This document shows, piece after piece, positions 46,365-55,558 of a stretch of DNA of 64,000 nt; positions within the stretch are counted from its first letter, which is position 1, and every line of letters begins with the position of its first letter. Under the pieces are notes generated by a model. The model worked only from the letters and a program-made list of their open reading frames with translations. It made no database searches and was not told the DNA's origin. Source of the DNA: an uncultured Syntrophaceae bacterium (GTDB lineage Bacteria; Desulfobacterota; Syntrophia; Syntrophales; UBA2185); NCBI GenBank assembly GCA_964541605.1, contig CAZIQY010000005.1, positions 1,220 to 65,219 of the forward strand, read 5' to 3'. A program made the translations under genes and the position numbers.

Positions 46365-48794
46365 ATGCAGGAAATAAATCAAAATGACGTCATCAGGGTG
46401 GGCGTCTATGTATGCCGCTGCGGATCGAACATTGGCGGAGTCGTCGATTGCGCCGCCGTGGCGGACTACGCGGGCAAACTCCCGGGAGTGGTCATATGCC
46501 GGAACCAGGGCTACACGTGCTCCGAACCGGGTCAGAATCAGATCAAGGCGGACATTCGGGAATACGGCCTGAACCGCGTAGTGGTCGCTTCGTGCTCACC
46601 CCGGCTCCATGAAGCAACATTCCGGCAGTGTGTCGGCGAAGCGGGAGTTAATCCGTACCTTCTTGAAATGGCGAACATCCGTGAACAGTGTTCATGGGTA
46701 CACGGTCATGATGCCGGGAAAGCGACAACCAAAGCCATGGACCTGGTGCGCTCCGCCGTTGTACGGGTCCGCCTGCTGGATGCGCAGACGGAAATGGAGG
46801 TTCCGGTGCGGCGCTTCACCCTCGTCATCGGCGGCGGGGTGGCGGGAATCCAGGCCGCCCTCGACCTGGCGGATGCGGGGTACAAGGTGGTGCTCGTCGA
46901 GAAACAGCCAAGCATCGGGGGTATCATGGCCAGACTGGACAAGACGTTTCCCACCATGGACTGCTCCATCTGAATACTCGGGCCGAAGATGACGGATGCC
47001 GGTCGGCATCCCAACATTACGCTGCTGACGATGAGTGAAGTGCAGGAGATCCGGGGGTTTGTGGGGAACTTTCACGTTCGTATCCTGAAGCGGGCGAGAT
47101 ACGTGAAGGAGAAGGAGTGCACGGCCTGCGGGGATTGTGTCGAGGTGTGCCCCGTCATTATCCCTGATGAGTTCAACATGGGACTGAGTTCCCGCCGGGC
47201 TATTTTTTCGCCGTTTCCCCAGGCGGTTCCTTCTGCCTATGCCGTGGACATCAGCCAGTGCCTCGGCCATAATCCCATCATCTGCGGGAAATGCATCGAG
47301 ATGTGCAAGAAGCGATGCATCGACTTCGACATGAACGACGAGGAGGTGGCTTTCGATGTCGGCACCATCATCGTGGCCACGGGGATGGAAACCTACGATC
47401 CGACTATCCTCGATGAATACGGGTACACCCGGCATGAGAATGTGCTGACGAGCATGGAACTGGAGCGGCTGATCAATGCGGGCGGTCCTACCGCGGGCAA
47501 GGTCATCCGCCTGACGGATGGCAAAATTCCACAATCCGTTTCCTTTGTCCAGTGTGTGGGGTCCCGGTCACAGCGTCGGGGCCGGCCATATTGCTCGAAC
47601 ATCTGCTGCATGAACACGGTGAAGAATACGATCATGCTGAAGGAGCATTACCCGGACATGGAGATCAAGGTGTTTTATATCGATATCCGGGCCTTCGGGA
47701 AGGGATTTGAAGATCTCTTCCGGCGCAGCAAAGGCATGGGCGTCCGTTACATCAGGGGACTTCCCGGCGACATCAGACAGGAGCCCGAAACCCGGGACCT
47801 GATTCTGACCGTGGAAAACACGGCAACGAACGCTTTGGACACCCACAGAGCCGAAATGGTCGTTCTGGCTACGGGCGTCGAGCCCCCTGCCGACATGAAG
47901 GCCATTCAGGAGATGCTGGCGCTCCAGACAACGTCGGATGGTTTCTACCTCGAGGCCCACCCGAAGCTTCAGCCGGTGGATTCTGCCACCCGCGGCATCT
48001 TCTTTGCCGGCTGCGCGGAGGGTCCCAAGGACATCAAGGATTCGGTCACCCAGGCGTCCGCAGCCGCTGCCCGGGCCATGCGTCTCATGAATCCCGGTGT
48101 GCTCACGGTGGAGGCGATTACCGCAGAGGTCGATCCTGAAAAGTGTAACTTCTGTGGATTGTGCGCCAAGGTATGCCCTTACAATGCCATCCAGGTGGAT
48201 ACCAGGGCAAAGTTGCCGGCGAAGGTAACCGAGGCGGCATGCGCGGGATGCGGCACCTGCGCGGCTGAATGCCCGACCATGGCCATTACCATGAATCATT
48301 TCACCGACGCGCAGATCGAAGCGCAGATCGATGCGCTTCTGGATAAGGATGCCGCCGACCGGATCCTCGTCTTTGCGTGCAACTGGTGCTCCTACGCGGG
48401 AGCCGATTTCGCCGGCGTGTCACGGCTTCAGTATCCTCCGAATACCCGCCTGATCCGGACCATGTGTTCGGGCAGGGTGCACGAGAAGTTCATCTGGCGT
48501 TCTTTTGAAAGGGGCGCTCCGGTCGTCCTGGTTTCCGGCTGCCATATCGGCGATTGCCACTACATCAACGCCAATCACTGGACGGAACGGCGCGTCAGGC
48601 GGATATGGAAGAAGATGGAAAAACTGGGCCTCCGCACCGAGCGGCTGGGGCTTGAGTGGATCAGCGCGGCGGAGGGACTCCGCTTTCAGCAGGTCATGGA
48701 ACGCATGGAGCGCATCCGACAAAGCGTCTGTCCCGAAGAAATCACGGAAACCTTGCGCATCCTGAACATTCCGGGAGAGCGGTCACGAGATTAA
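46365..48794 (+). CDS. hdrA: Heterodisulfide reductase subunit A-like flavoprotein with in-frame UGA (selenocysteine) and a C-terminal MvhD domain
   Basis: Track ORFs 46365-46973 and 46989-48794 are in the same frame and are separated only by the TGA at 46971-46973. Read-through gives [19 protein letters not shown], the conserved HdrA FPTxDCSxC-ILxPK motif, with Sec at the position where other HdrA carry Cys. A hairpin follows the TGA. The C-terminus [18 protein letters not shown]...GCHIGDCHY is an MvhD domain. Confidence 0.85.
46994..47011 (+). promoter_or_regulatory. Candidate bacterial SECIS hairpin
   Basis: GGATGCC-ggtc-GGCATCC is a 7-bp perfect stem with a 4-nt loop containing G and U. 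It starts 21 nt after the UGA. Confidence 0.55.
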
Positions 48795-48798
48795 TTTG

Positions 48799-50100
48799 TT
48801 AATCCCTGTAGAAGTTTATCCCGTCAATCCAGACGGCTGCCCTGGTGTCGGGGTTTTTGTTGCTGTCGATGCCCACCATGAAAGATTCCACCCGGAAAAG
48901 TCTCAGGACCTGATCTCCCGGCCTGGCGCCATACCTCTCCGAACCTCTCCGGATCCAACCTCTGGCAACAACCAGTTGGTCAAAGGGGATTCGAATTTTT
49001 TCCCATTTTGTATCGGCTTCGAAATATGCGGTCCAGTTGTCGATCCTGTTTACGTCGTCCGGCAGCGAGCATAAAATATGAACCTGACCTACAATTTTTT
49101 CCGATGCCCTGGCATAGAACTCGATGCCGTTATAAAGTGAAAGATCCCGTTTTCTGCGGTTTTCCGCCTGGGCATACATCCGCCTGTCTCCACGAAAATC
49201 AAATTCGATTTTCATGGATTTCTTCGAATCCGTAGCCCCCGCTCCCCGATCGATCCCGACCCGCCAGTATGACGACGAAGCCTTGCCTGTTCCCCTTTCC
49301 GCCTGTCGATACATGATCTGCCAGGACGGATCCGGGGTTGCGCCTTCGAAATCTTCATGCCATGGTCCGGAATCGCGAATCTCCGTCGCTTTGAATAGTT
49401 TTGTCTTCAGAGCAATGGCCGCGTGCGCCTGACCGGTGCGCACATTGATCACTCTCAGGTTAATGTCCCATTCATCCTGCGTTTCCGCCAGCGTCCCGGT
49501 CAAGACGAGATCAGCAATGAAGAGGCTGCCGATCACCTTGTCCGGCTTTTCCCGCGTCAAACCGCTCAAGCTCAATTGCAGCTCACCCATGACCGATTTG
49601 AGCTTCGATCTTTCGACAACAATGAATTGATCTGTATCGATCAGGGCTGATGTCAGTCCTTCCAGCGTGACTCGACCCGCCTCTTTCTGGGCTCCCTTGA
49701 TGACTTCAAAATCCACAACAGCGATGGTCTTTTTCGGGATTTTCAGTTTCACGACCGTTCCAGCGGCATAGGCAACAGGTTTCTCCAAAGTGACTTTCAC
49801 GGTATTGCCGCGTATTTCCTTCACCAGAGCGGATACCCCGTCAATATCCGTCGTCATACCCTCGATCAGGTGGCACTTTTGAACAACCTGCCCTGCAATT
49901 TCACTGACCGCCGATCCCGGTGTCCGCCTGATTTCGGGTATCTTGATCATTAATGTCATTTCCCGGGCGTTGACTGCCTGAACGGTGCCGTTTATTTCCA
50001 GCAGCTGGCCGGTCTCGGTCCGGTCCTGTCTGGTCATGCCGGCACAGGCAACGAGGATGAGAAGCGAAGATGTAACGATACAAAAGGATTTCCAGTTCAT
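48799..50100 (-). CDS. Lipoprotein with a CsgG/LpoB-like central domain and a C-terminal CIA30/carbohydrate-binding-like domain
   Basis: The lipobox is LILVAC. The block KKTIAVVDFEVIKG...LIDTDQFIVVERSKLKSVMGELQLSLSGL...ADLVLTGTL is typical of CsgG/TolB-N-like periplasmic modules. The C-terminal assignment is weaker. Confidence 0.55.
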   Translation of the reverse strand: MNWKSFCIVTSSLLILVACAGMTRQDRTETGQLLEINGTVQAVNAREMTLMIKIPEIRRTPGSAVSEIAGQVVQKCHLIEGMTTDIDGVSALVKEIRGNTVKVTLEKPVAYAAGTVVKLKIPKKTIAVVDFEVIKGAQKEAGRVTLEGLTSALIDTDQFIVVERSKLKSVMGELQLSLSGLTREKPDKVIGSLFIADLVLTGTLAETQDEWDINLRVINVRTGQAHAAIALKTKLFKATEIRDSGPWHEDFEGATPDPSWQIMYRQAERGTGKASSSYWRVGIDRGAGATDSKKSMKIEFDFRGDRRMYAQAENRRKRDLSLYNGIEFYARASEKIVGQVHILCSLPDDVNRIDNWTAYFEADTKWEKIRIPFDQLVVARGWIRRGSERYGARPGDQVLRLFRVESFMVGIDSNKNPDTRAAVWIDGINFYRD

Positions 50101-50122
50101 TGTGCACCTCCTTTTAACGAAT

Positions 50123-52024
50123 TCACCTAAAGGTGTTTTCTTTATTGTCCGGGATCATTTGACCGAAGGATCTTTTTGATCTTTCAATAATTTTCTCATA
50201 ATGCCGGCTGTTCCGCTGGACGTAATAATACACATCCGCATAGGAAAATTTTTCCCGGTTGGTTTCGAAGTAATCTTTGAAATGGTTCGTCGATCCGATT
50301 TTTTTTTCGAACAGTTCTCCCCAGCTGTTCTGATACAGAATAAAAAAATCGATAAAATCGTTTTCGTTCCGAGCGCCCTCAAAACTTACGATAACCATGA
50401 TTTTCGTTATCCTTTCAGACTTCAGGAAATTCCCGAAATCAATGGTGGTAATGTCATATGCGCCGAATATCTCCCCTATTCTTCTTGCCAGATTCATAAT
50501 TTCCTGGACGGTGACTGGCGTGGGATTGGGGCTCATGTGGACGTTTCCCGAAAGGTAAATGTCATTCCAGATCAGGTAGGCCAAGCAATATACGACATCC
50601 GGGCTCTCAACGATTATCCTGGAAGGATCTTTGTAGGGGTGAACCTGCCATCTTTTTCCGCCATAACGGAAAATCAGCGCGGGTAGATTCTGACTTTCGA
50701 TGGGCTTATGCATGATGGGAATCTTGTTTGGCTTTTTCTCGAGACAGGATGAAAGCTTTCTGCCGATGATGGTCAGATCCTGAGGAGCGATACCCTGGGC
50801 TATGCCTTGTTGCTGGGCCTCAATGCCCTTATATATGTTCAGCAGCAGCGTCAGCACCCGATCGCCGAATTCCGTCTGTTCATGTAGCGGCCACCTCGAG
50901 AATTCATTGAGGCGACAGATTTCGTCCCGGTCAATCGGATACTTTTGAAACAATTCCCTGGCCAGAATCTCCTTCAGAGTCACCTTTTTTGAATGGAATT
51001 TGATTTCATAGCGCAGATAGAAGCATTTTTTTATGAATTCAAACGTGTCGGCATCGATATCGCGTTTGTGCCTTAAAATGGCTTCCATGGTATACATGCT
51101 GGGGTCGATAAATACGGGATTCGCGGCCTGGCTGAAGATAGAATGCCGGAATTGATGACACAAAAGCTCCTCACGCGGTGATACGAGGAGCATTTCGAGA
51201 AGGAGCATCTTGATGATTGATTTGAGGGGATGGGTCAGGGATTTGTTGAACTGCCACAAAGCGGCGCCCAGGTATTCCCCGCGGTCAACCGTCTCTATGT
51301 TGCCGAGATCGATGAAATCGTAGTCCCCAAAAACATCGCGTCCATATTCATCAAGAAGTTCGTCGTAATCTGCGGGTCTGTCTTCATCATAGCAAACCCA
51401 CCAGAGCGGTATCTTCCCACAGATCAGGATGGACGTCCTGTAAAATTCCTCCTTCAGGATATTCTTTTGCGTGCTCCCCGAGCTTTCATCTCCTACATTG
51501 CCGTAGTGGCAATTTCTGATGTCATCGAGATCACTGATGAAGAAAAAGACGGGCATTTTCAGATATGAATCAAACCAGTCCTTGATAAGATTGACCTTCT
51601 GGTTAAACTGCTTTGCTGTCTTTTCGTCAAAGACTTTCTGGTCGATGCAGATCCACAGATCGCAGTCGGATCGTGACGTCTGACTGATGGTTCCCACGCT
51701 TCCGATGCTGTAGATTCCATGAATCAGGTTCACGTCGGCAGGAAATCTTAAAAAGGTTCCCTCTTTTTTTATCCTGAACATATTTTTAAATACGATTTCC
51801 CGTTTTATGAAATCCTTTTCCCTGTCAACGCCATACACCTTGAAAGGTTTTTCCAGATCCTTGACATGACCGGGAATGGAAGGATGGTTGACACTCAGAA
51901 GCCATGGAAGGAGATAAAGGATCGCTTCGCTGTCTCTGGGAGCCAGTTGGGAAAATATTTTTTTCCTGAAATGGTTATATGCGATGTAGGTCTTCTTGTT
52001 TTGCAGAAACCGCATGGATTGCAT
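50123..52024 (-). CDS. cyaA: Class I adenylate cyclase (CyaA-type catalytic region, 633 aa)
   Basis: Several blocks match E. coli CyaA as I recall it. [20 protein letters not shown] aligns with [40 protein letters not shown] aligns with [53 protein letters not shown] aligns with [58 protein letters not shown] aligns with [27 protein letters not shown]. Confidence 0.9.
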   Translation of the reverse strand: [633 protein letters not shown]

Positions 52025-52270
52025 GGATGACTCGCCTCCGTGAAAATGGGCAGTATCAATTTCTCTAAATAACGGGTACTTCCGGAAATGTCAATTCATT
52101 GATGTTTCGTAACGGGCCATCGGACTTCTTGAAAATAACCCCGCCTTGATCTGTCGGCAGGAACGCCGGGAATGTGAAAAAATGGACATCTGAATGTCCT
52201 TGATAATAGTCGGCCGGTATGACAACATATAGCACCGAAAAAAACAATGTGAGATCATATTATATACAGT

Positions 52271-53191
52271 ATGTCTGGGAACATTCGCCGTCCTTTCTGG
52301 GCGCTCGACCTTTTTGATTTCTACATCCGGCGGAAAGTCTTCGGCAAGAAAATACCGCTGCTGGCCAGTTTCAAGCTGACCTACCGGTGTAACCTGTCCT
52401 GCAGCGCCTGTCCGTTTCACCGGCGCGCCGCTGATGATCATTCCCATATAACCTGGGACCTTGCCATAGAGGCGTTGGACGCCCTTAAACAGCGAGGCAC
52501 GAGGATTATCGCGTTTGAAGGCGGAGAACCTTTCCTTTGGCGGGACGGGAGTCATGATCTTCACGAACTGGTTCATTGCGCGAAGAAGCGCTTTCTCCGT
52601 GTGGCGGTGACCACCAACGGCACATTTCCCCTGGATGTCCCGGCCGATGTCATCTGGGTCAGCATAGACGGGCTGAGCGAGACCCATGACCGCCTGCGAA
52701 ACGGCTCTTTCGATCGGATATGGTCGAACCTGGCGGTTTCCCGTCATCCCCGTGTCATGGTGCATTTCACAATGAACCGGTACAACTGGCGCGAACTGGA
52801 TCAACTGGTGGATCAACTGAGGCATGTCCCTGCCGTGAAGGGATTATCGGTGCAACTGTTCTACCCGTACGATCAGGGTGAATCACCGCTTGCCCTTTCA
52901 CCCGGCGAACGTGAGATGGCTCTGGAAAATGTTATCCGGCTCAGGAAGACCTATCCGGTGATCAACTCCGAACGGTGTTTGACGGCCATGATCCGGAACG
53001 ACTGGAAATGCCACGACGACGTGCTGATCAACGTCGATCCGGACGGAAGACTGACCCAGGGGTGCTACGTGAAAAACAGAGGCAATATCGATTGCCGGGC
53101 GTGTGGTTTTACTCCCGTGGCGGAGGCCTCCGGCGCATTGGATTTGCATCCCGGCTCTCTCCTGGCAGGCTGGCGGGCATACCTGTCCTGA
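52271..53191 (+). CDS. Radical SAM protein
   Basis: It has FKLTYRCNLSCSACPF (CxxxCxxC), IAFEGGEPFL and VTTNGT motifs, plus a Cys-containing C-terminus (CYVKNRGNIDCRACGF). The antisense ORF 52091-52825 is rejected. Confidence 0.85.
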   Translation: MSGNIRRPFWALDLFDFYIRRKVFGKKIPLLASFKLTYRCNLSCSACPFHRRAADDHSHITWDLAIEALDALKQRGTRIIAFEGGEPFLWRDGSHDLHELVHCAKKRFLRVAVTTNGTFPLDVPADVIWVSIDGLSETHDRLRNGSFDRIWSNLAVSRHPRVMVHFTMNRYNWRELDQLVDQLRHVPAVKGLSVQLFYPYDQGESPLALSPGEREMALENVIRLRKTYPVINSERCLTAMIRNDWKCHDDVLINVDPDGRLTQGCYVKNRGNIDCRACGFTPVAEASGALDLHPGSLLAGWRAYLS

Positions 53192-53218
53192 GTAATACGT
53201 GCCACATTCGGTGGCGCT

Positions 53219-53659
53219 TTATCTGACCTTGTACACCTCATTATAAACCTGAAGATCGATGGCGTCGAAAAAATTGTCGTAGTGTTTTTTTTCGAGGAGT
53301 CTCCTCATCTCCCAGCCTTTGGAGGTTTTCTTCTCCATAATGACGGAAAGAGTCACCTCGCTTTCTTTCCAGTTGATTTTTTTTACCGTTGCAATGCTTT
53401 TGGTTCTCCAGTCATCCTGGATGGTAGGGTCCGATTCCACCCGGCCCTTCCGGGAATCTATCTTCGCATTTCCCAATCCCTTCTCTTTAAAGACATGTGC
53501 TATGGCCCGAAGAATGACATCCTCGTTGGCCTCGTAGACGCGTGTGAATTCATCCGGCTTGGAAATAACCTCTCCTTCTTCCTTGCACGCAGTCAGAAAT
53601 AAAACGAAGATCAGAATGACGGATAATATAAAAATGTGAAGACATCGCTGCTGTTTCAT
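53219..53659 (-). CDS. Small lipoprotein, function unknown
   Basis: It begins MKQQRCLHIFILSVILIFVLFLTAC, with a lipobox. The track ORF extends to 53683. Confidence 0.65.
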   Translation of the reverse strand: MKQQRCLHIFILSVILIFVLFLTACKEEGEVISKPDEFTRVYEANEDVILRAIAHVFKEKGLGNAKIDSRKGRVESDPTIQDDWRTKSIATVKKINWKESEVTLSVIMEKKTSKGWEMRRLLEKKHYDNFFDAIDLQVYNEVYKVR

Positions 53660-53758
53660 GTCCGTAACTATAACACCTTCCATAAGTTTTTATTTCCCCC
53701 GGCTTATTTTAAGTAATATATCAGATTCTTGCCCGGCTGTGTATATTTTCATTTGCTC

Positions 53759-53787
53759 TTGACACACCCCTGCCTCTTATCTATACT
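53759..53787 (+). promoter_or_regulatory. Candidate sigma70 promoter upstream of the M20 amidohydrolase gene
   Basis: TTGACA (53759-64), 17 nt, then TATACT (53782-87). This leaves a leader of about 140 nt before the ATG at 53932. Confidence 0.55.
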
Positions 53788-53931
53788 TTCTCATCGAAAA
53801 GACCAATCCTTATAGCAGTTTAGAAATAGTGGGATTCGAATCGGTTCTGCGGGGTCCGGTGGGCTTCTTTCCGGGAGGACAGTGAAGCGCACAGAAATCG
53901 TTATGACAGCAATCGGGGAAGGAAATCGAAG

Positions 53932-55107
53932 ATGGCAATCAACGAAAAGATCGGAGCAATGCTTGAAGAGATGACGCGATGGCGGCATGAGCTTCATATC
54001 CGGCCCGAAACGGCCTTTACGGAACGGGAGACGTCCGATTTCGTGGCCGAAAAACTGCTTTCTTTCGGTCTCGACGTCCATCGGGGACTTGCGGGCACCG
54101 GGGTCGTGGCCACCATTCAAAGAGGGGGGGGGAATCTTCCGGCGATCGGCCTCAGGTCCGATATGGACGCCCTCGATATTACCGAGGCTACCGGTCTACC
54201 CTACGCTTCCCGTAACGAGGGGAAGATGCACGCCTGCGGCCATGACGGCCATATGACCATGCTTCTGGGGGCGGCGAAGTATCTGTCGGAAAACGATACG
54301 TTCCGGGGAACGGTCCATTTTATCTTCCAGCCTGCCGAGGAAAACGAGGGGGGAGGGGGGAGAATGGTCAGGGAAGGACTCTTCGATAAGTTTCCCGTTC
54401 AGTCCGTTTTCGCCATGCACAACTTTCCTGTTTTGCCGGAAGGAAAATTTGCCATCTGCAAGGGGCCCATGATGGCGGCGTACGATGTCTTCGACATCCG
54501 GGTTACAGGAAGGGGCGGCCATGCCGCCACGCCTCAGAACGTGAAGGATCCTGTCCTCGCCTCAGCTCATCTGATCAGCCTTCTCCAGAGCATTGTAAGC
54601 CGCGACGTCAATCCGACGCAGGCGGCAGTAGTCAGCGTTACAGAGATCCATGGCGGCACGTCATACAATATTATTCCCGATACGGTCAGGATGCGGGGGA
54701 CGACGCGACATTTCCTTCCCCAGGTGCAGGACCGGGTGGAGTTACGCATGGGGGAGATATGCGCTGGTCTGTCCTCTTCCCTCGGGGTTGCCGTCGATAT
54801 GACCTACGAGCGTCGCTACCCCACGCTGGTCAATACGGATAATGAAACGGAAGAGGCGATCCAGGCCGCGACTCTGGTGGCGGGGAAGGACATGGTATTG
54901 CCCGACATCACACCGGTCATGACATCGGAGGATTTTGCTTTTATTCTGAGAGAACGACCGGGGGCATATATAGGGATCGGCGCCGGGCATCCCAGAGAAA
55001 ACGGCCTGCTGCACCAGGCGCGGTATGACTTCAACGACCGGATATTACCCATCGGCGCCAGCTACTGGGCGGCTCTGGTGGAAACGGTCCTATCGAAAAC
55101 CGGTTAG
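53932..55107 (+). CDS. M20D family amidohydrolase (hippurate hydrolase / N-acyl-amino acid amidohydrolase type)
   Basis: It has RSDMDAL, MHACGHDGH, FQPAEE and NxPxL motifs. It is 391 aa. Confidence 0.9.
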   Translation: MAINEKIGAMLEEMTRWRHELHIRPETAFTERETSDFVAEKLLSFGLDVHRGLAGTGVVATIQRGGGNLPAIGLRSDMDALDITEATGLPYASRNEGKMHACGHDGHMTMLLGAAKYLSENDTFRGTVHFIFQPAEENEGGGGRMVREGLFDKFPVQSVFAMHNFPVLPEGKFAICKGPMMAAYDVFDIRVTGRGGHAATPQNVKDPVLASAHLISLLQSIVSRDVNPTQAAVVSVTEIHGGTSYNIIPDTVRMRGTTRHFLPQVQDRVELRMGEICAGLSSSLGVAVDMTYERRYPTLVNTDNETEEAIQAATLVAGKDMVLPDITPVMTSEDFAFILRERPGAYIGIGAGHPRENGLLHQARYDFNDRILPIGASYWAALVETVLSKTG

Positions 55108-55111
55108 TTAC

Positions 55112-55510
55112 TTATAGTTGTTCCTTGTAGACACCGCTGCAGATAATCAAGTCATCCACTTTCCTGAAGTACACGGTTTTGGGCAGCACCTCTTTTGTTA
55201 CCGGGTTGTACCATTTATATTCAACCCAGCCGCTTCCGTTCGTGTTGGCGGTATCAACGATTTCCTTGATGAAAGACTTGCCGTCATAGTCCTTGATGTC
55301 AACGAATTCCTCTCCGACAAATTTCTCATTGACGCCATGTGCGAGCATGGTTCCTTTCGGATTTAAGGCGTAAATATACATTTCATCCTGGACGAACTGC
55401 CCGTTGGGATTCGTGTATTCAGCCAGAGCGATTCTTTTGCCGGATGCTTTATAAAAAGCGACGGCATTCTCAACCCAGCGTTTGGCATCCTCTACCGCTC
55501 GTTTCGTCAT
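55112..55510 (-). CDS. Stand-alone single-Cache (sCache_2-like) domain protein without a signal peptide
   Basis: YIYALNPKGTMLAHGVNEKFVGEEFVDIKDYDGKSFIKEIVD...GSGWVEYKWYNPVTKEVLPKTVYFRKVDDLIICSGVY is the Cache pattern. Confidence 0.7.
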   Translation of the reverse strand: MTKRAVEDAKRWVENAVAFYKASGKRIALAEYTNPNGQFVQDEMYIYALNPKGTMLAHGVNEKFVGEEFVDIKDYDGKSFIKEIVDTANTNGSGWVEYKWYNPVTKEVLPKTVYFRKVDDLIICSGVYKEQL

Positions 55511-55558
55511 AAGGCTCCTTTCCTGTATCAGCAGTTTACATGTTTTTTATAAATGCGG

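Noticed and set aside
52140-52260. TGTGA half-sites near cyaA that might be CRP boxes
   Set aside because: No symmetric TCACA partner occurs at 6-nt spacing. Isolated pentamers are expected by chance.
52091-52825. 244-aa minus-strand ORF overlapping the radical SAM gene
   Set aside because: The plus-strand frame has the CxxxCxxC radical SAM signature and a sensible start. The minus frame has no motif.
53830-53870. tRNA-like GGGATTCGAATC motif in the leader of the M20 hydrolase gene
   Set aside because: The flanking bases do not form a T-arm stem, and no acceptor or anticodon arms can be drawn. It is not a tRNA or tRNA fragment I can support.
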